DNA of 64,000 nt. Source: Gloeobacterales cyanobacterium (GTDB lineage: Bacteria > Cyanobacteriota > Cyanobacteriia > Gloeobacterales > PMM-0068). The notes under the pieces are model-generated. The model was not told where the DNA came from. It saw only the letters and a program-made list of their open reading frames with translations, and did not search any database. Positions 63,371 to 64,000 of this stretch are shown piece after piece. The stretch lies in NCBI GenBank assembly GCA_038245785.1, contig JBBRSB010000024.1:1-64000 (forward strand), given 5' to 3'. Both the position numbers and the translations under genes were made by a program. Every line of letters begins with the position of its first letter. Within the stretch, counting starts at the first letter, position 1.

Positions 63371-64000
63371 GTGCTCGAACTTCACTGCCATACTACCTGT
63401 TCAGATGGTACCTATACTCCGACAGAGCTGGTTCATGCGGCTTATGAAAGCGGGGTGCGTGCTCTGGCTATTACCGACCATGACACGATGATTGGATGGG
63501 ACGAGGCGATAGAAGCAGCCGATAAGCTGGGCTTAGAAATTGTCCCTGGCCTTGAACTGAGTACTACCCACAATAATTGCTCTCTCCACGTATTAGCTTT
63601 TTATCCAGACCGGGAAAAGCTTGCTGCTTTTCTTGATGAGCGACGCCTGGGTCGGATTCGTCGGGCAGAGACGATGGTTAGCAAATTGAATGATTTAGAC
63701 ATTCATATTGACCTGCCGCAGGTGGCAACGCCCGGTCGTCCTCATATCGCGCGCGCTTTGGTCAAAGCAGGCTATATCACCCGAGAACAAGAGGCTTTTG
63801 ATCGGTACTTAGGCGATGGAAAACCTGCCTATGTTCCCTATGATCGTCTGAGTGCCGTAGATGGTATTGCCATGCTCCGTTCCTGTGGTGCGGTTCCTGT
63901 GTGGGCACATCCCTATCTTTTCCAAGGTGGGCCTGTTGCCGAGGTGCTGCCGGAGCTTGTTAAAGCCGGATTGATGGGTTTGGAAGTTTATCATTCTGAT
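63371..64000 (+). CDS. PHP-domain phosphoesterase (TrpH/YciV-like), runs off the window
   Basis: manual translation MLELHCHTTCSDG...AITDHDT...GLELST...GRPHIARAL...WAHP. Confidence 0.9.
   Translation, partial: MLELHCHTTCSDGTYTPTELVHAAYESGVRALAITDHDTMIGWDEAIEAADKLGLEIVPGLELSTTHNNCSLHVLAFYPDREKLAAFLDERRLGRIRRAETMVSKLNDLDIHIDLPQVATPGRPHIARALVKAGYITREQEAFDRYLGDGKPAYVPYDRLSAVDGIAMLRSCGAVPVWAHPYLFQGGPVAEVLPELVKAGLMGLEVYHSD

Noticed and set aside
1201..63994. Numerous 60-170 aa antisense or alternate-frame ORFs in the track
   Set aside because: They lie within well-supported genes and have no recognisable motifs; treated as shadow ORFs

Overview
A cyanobacterial chromosome segment that spans the replication origin. 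The ancestral jag-yidC-rnpA-rpmH / dnaA-oriC-dnaN layout, an intron-less tRNA-Leu(UAA) and the apparent scarcity of HIP1 would fit an early-branching lineage (inference only). Core genes include holA, fmt, a sugar ABC transporter, dprA, rpaA, mutL, a 7TM-HD hydrolase, tldD/pmbA, crtH, trxA and leuA, plus the Yfr1 sRNA and a probable 6S RNA 3' end. An accessory block at about 11.6-31.3 kb carries a cyanobacteriochrome/hybrid-kinase signalling cluster ending in a PyrF-PyrE fusion with a degenerate decarboxylase domain. The block also holds Rpn remnants, a toxin-antitoxin pair, SRAP and pseudogenes. Its most notable part is an AT-rich three-gene operon (24.2-26.5 kb): a dCTP-deaminase-fold protein lacking the catalytic residues and fused to two TM helices, a MazG-like pyrophosphatase, and an Old Yellow Enzyme. 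This is the best candidate here for an undescribed nucleotide-sensing, possibly anti-phage, system. Two related MITE/REPIN-like elements, each with long inverted repeats around a DUF559 remnant, are also present. All calls come from reading the sequence and recalled family motifs; no searches were run.
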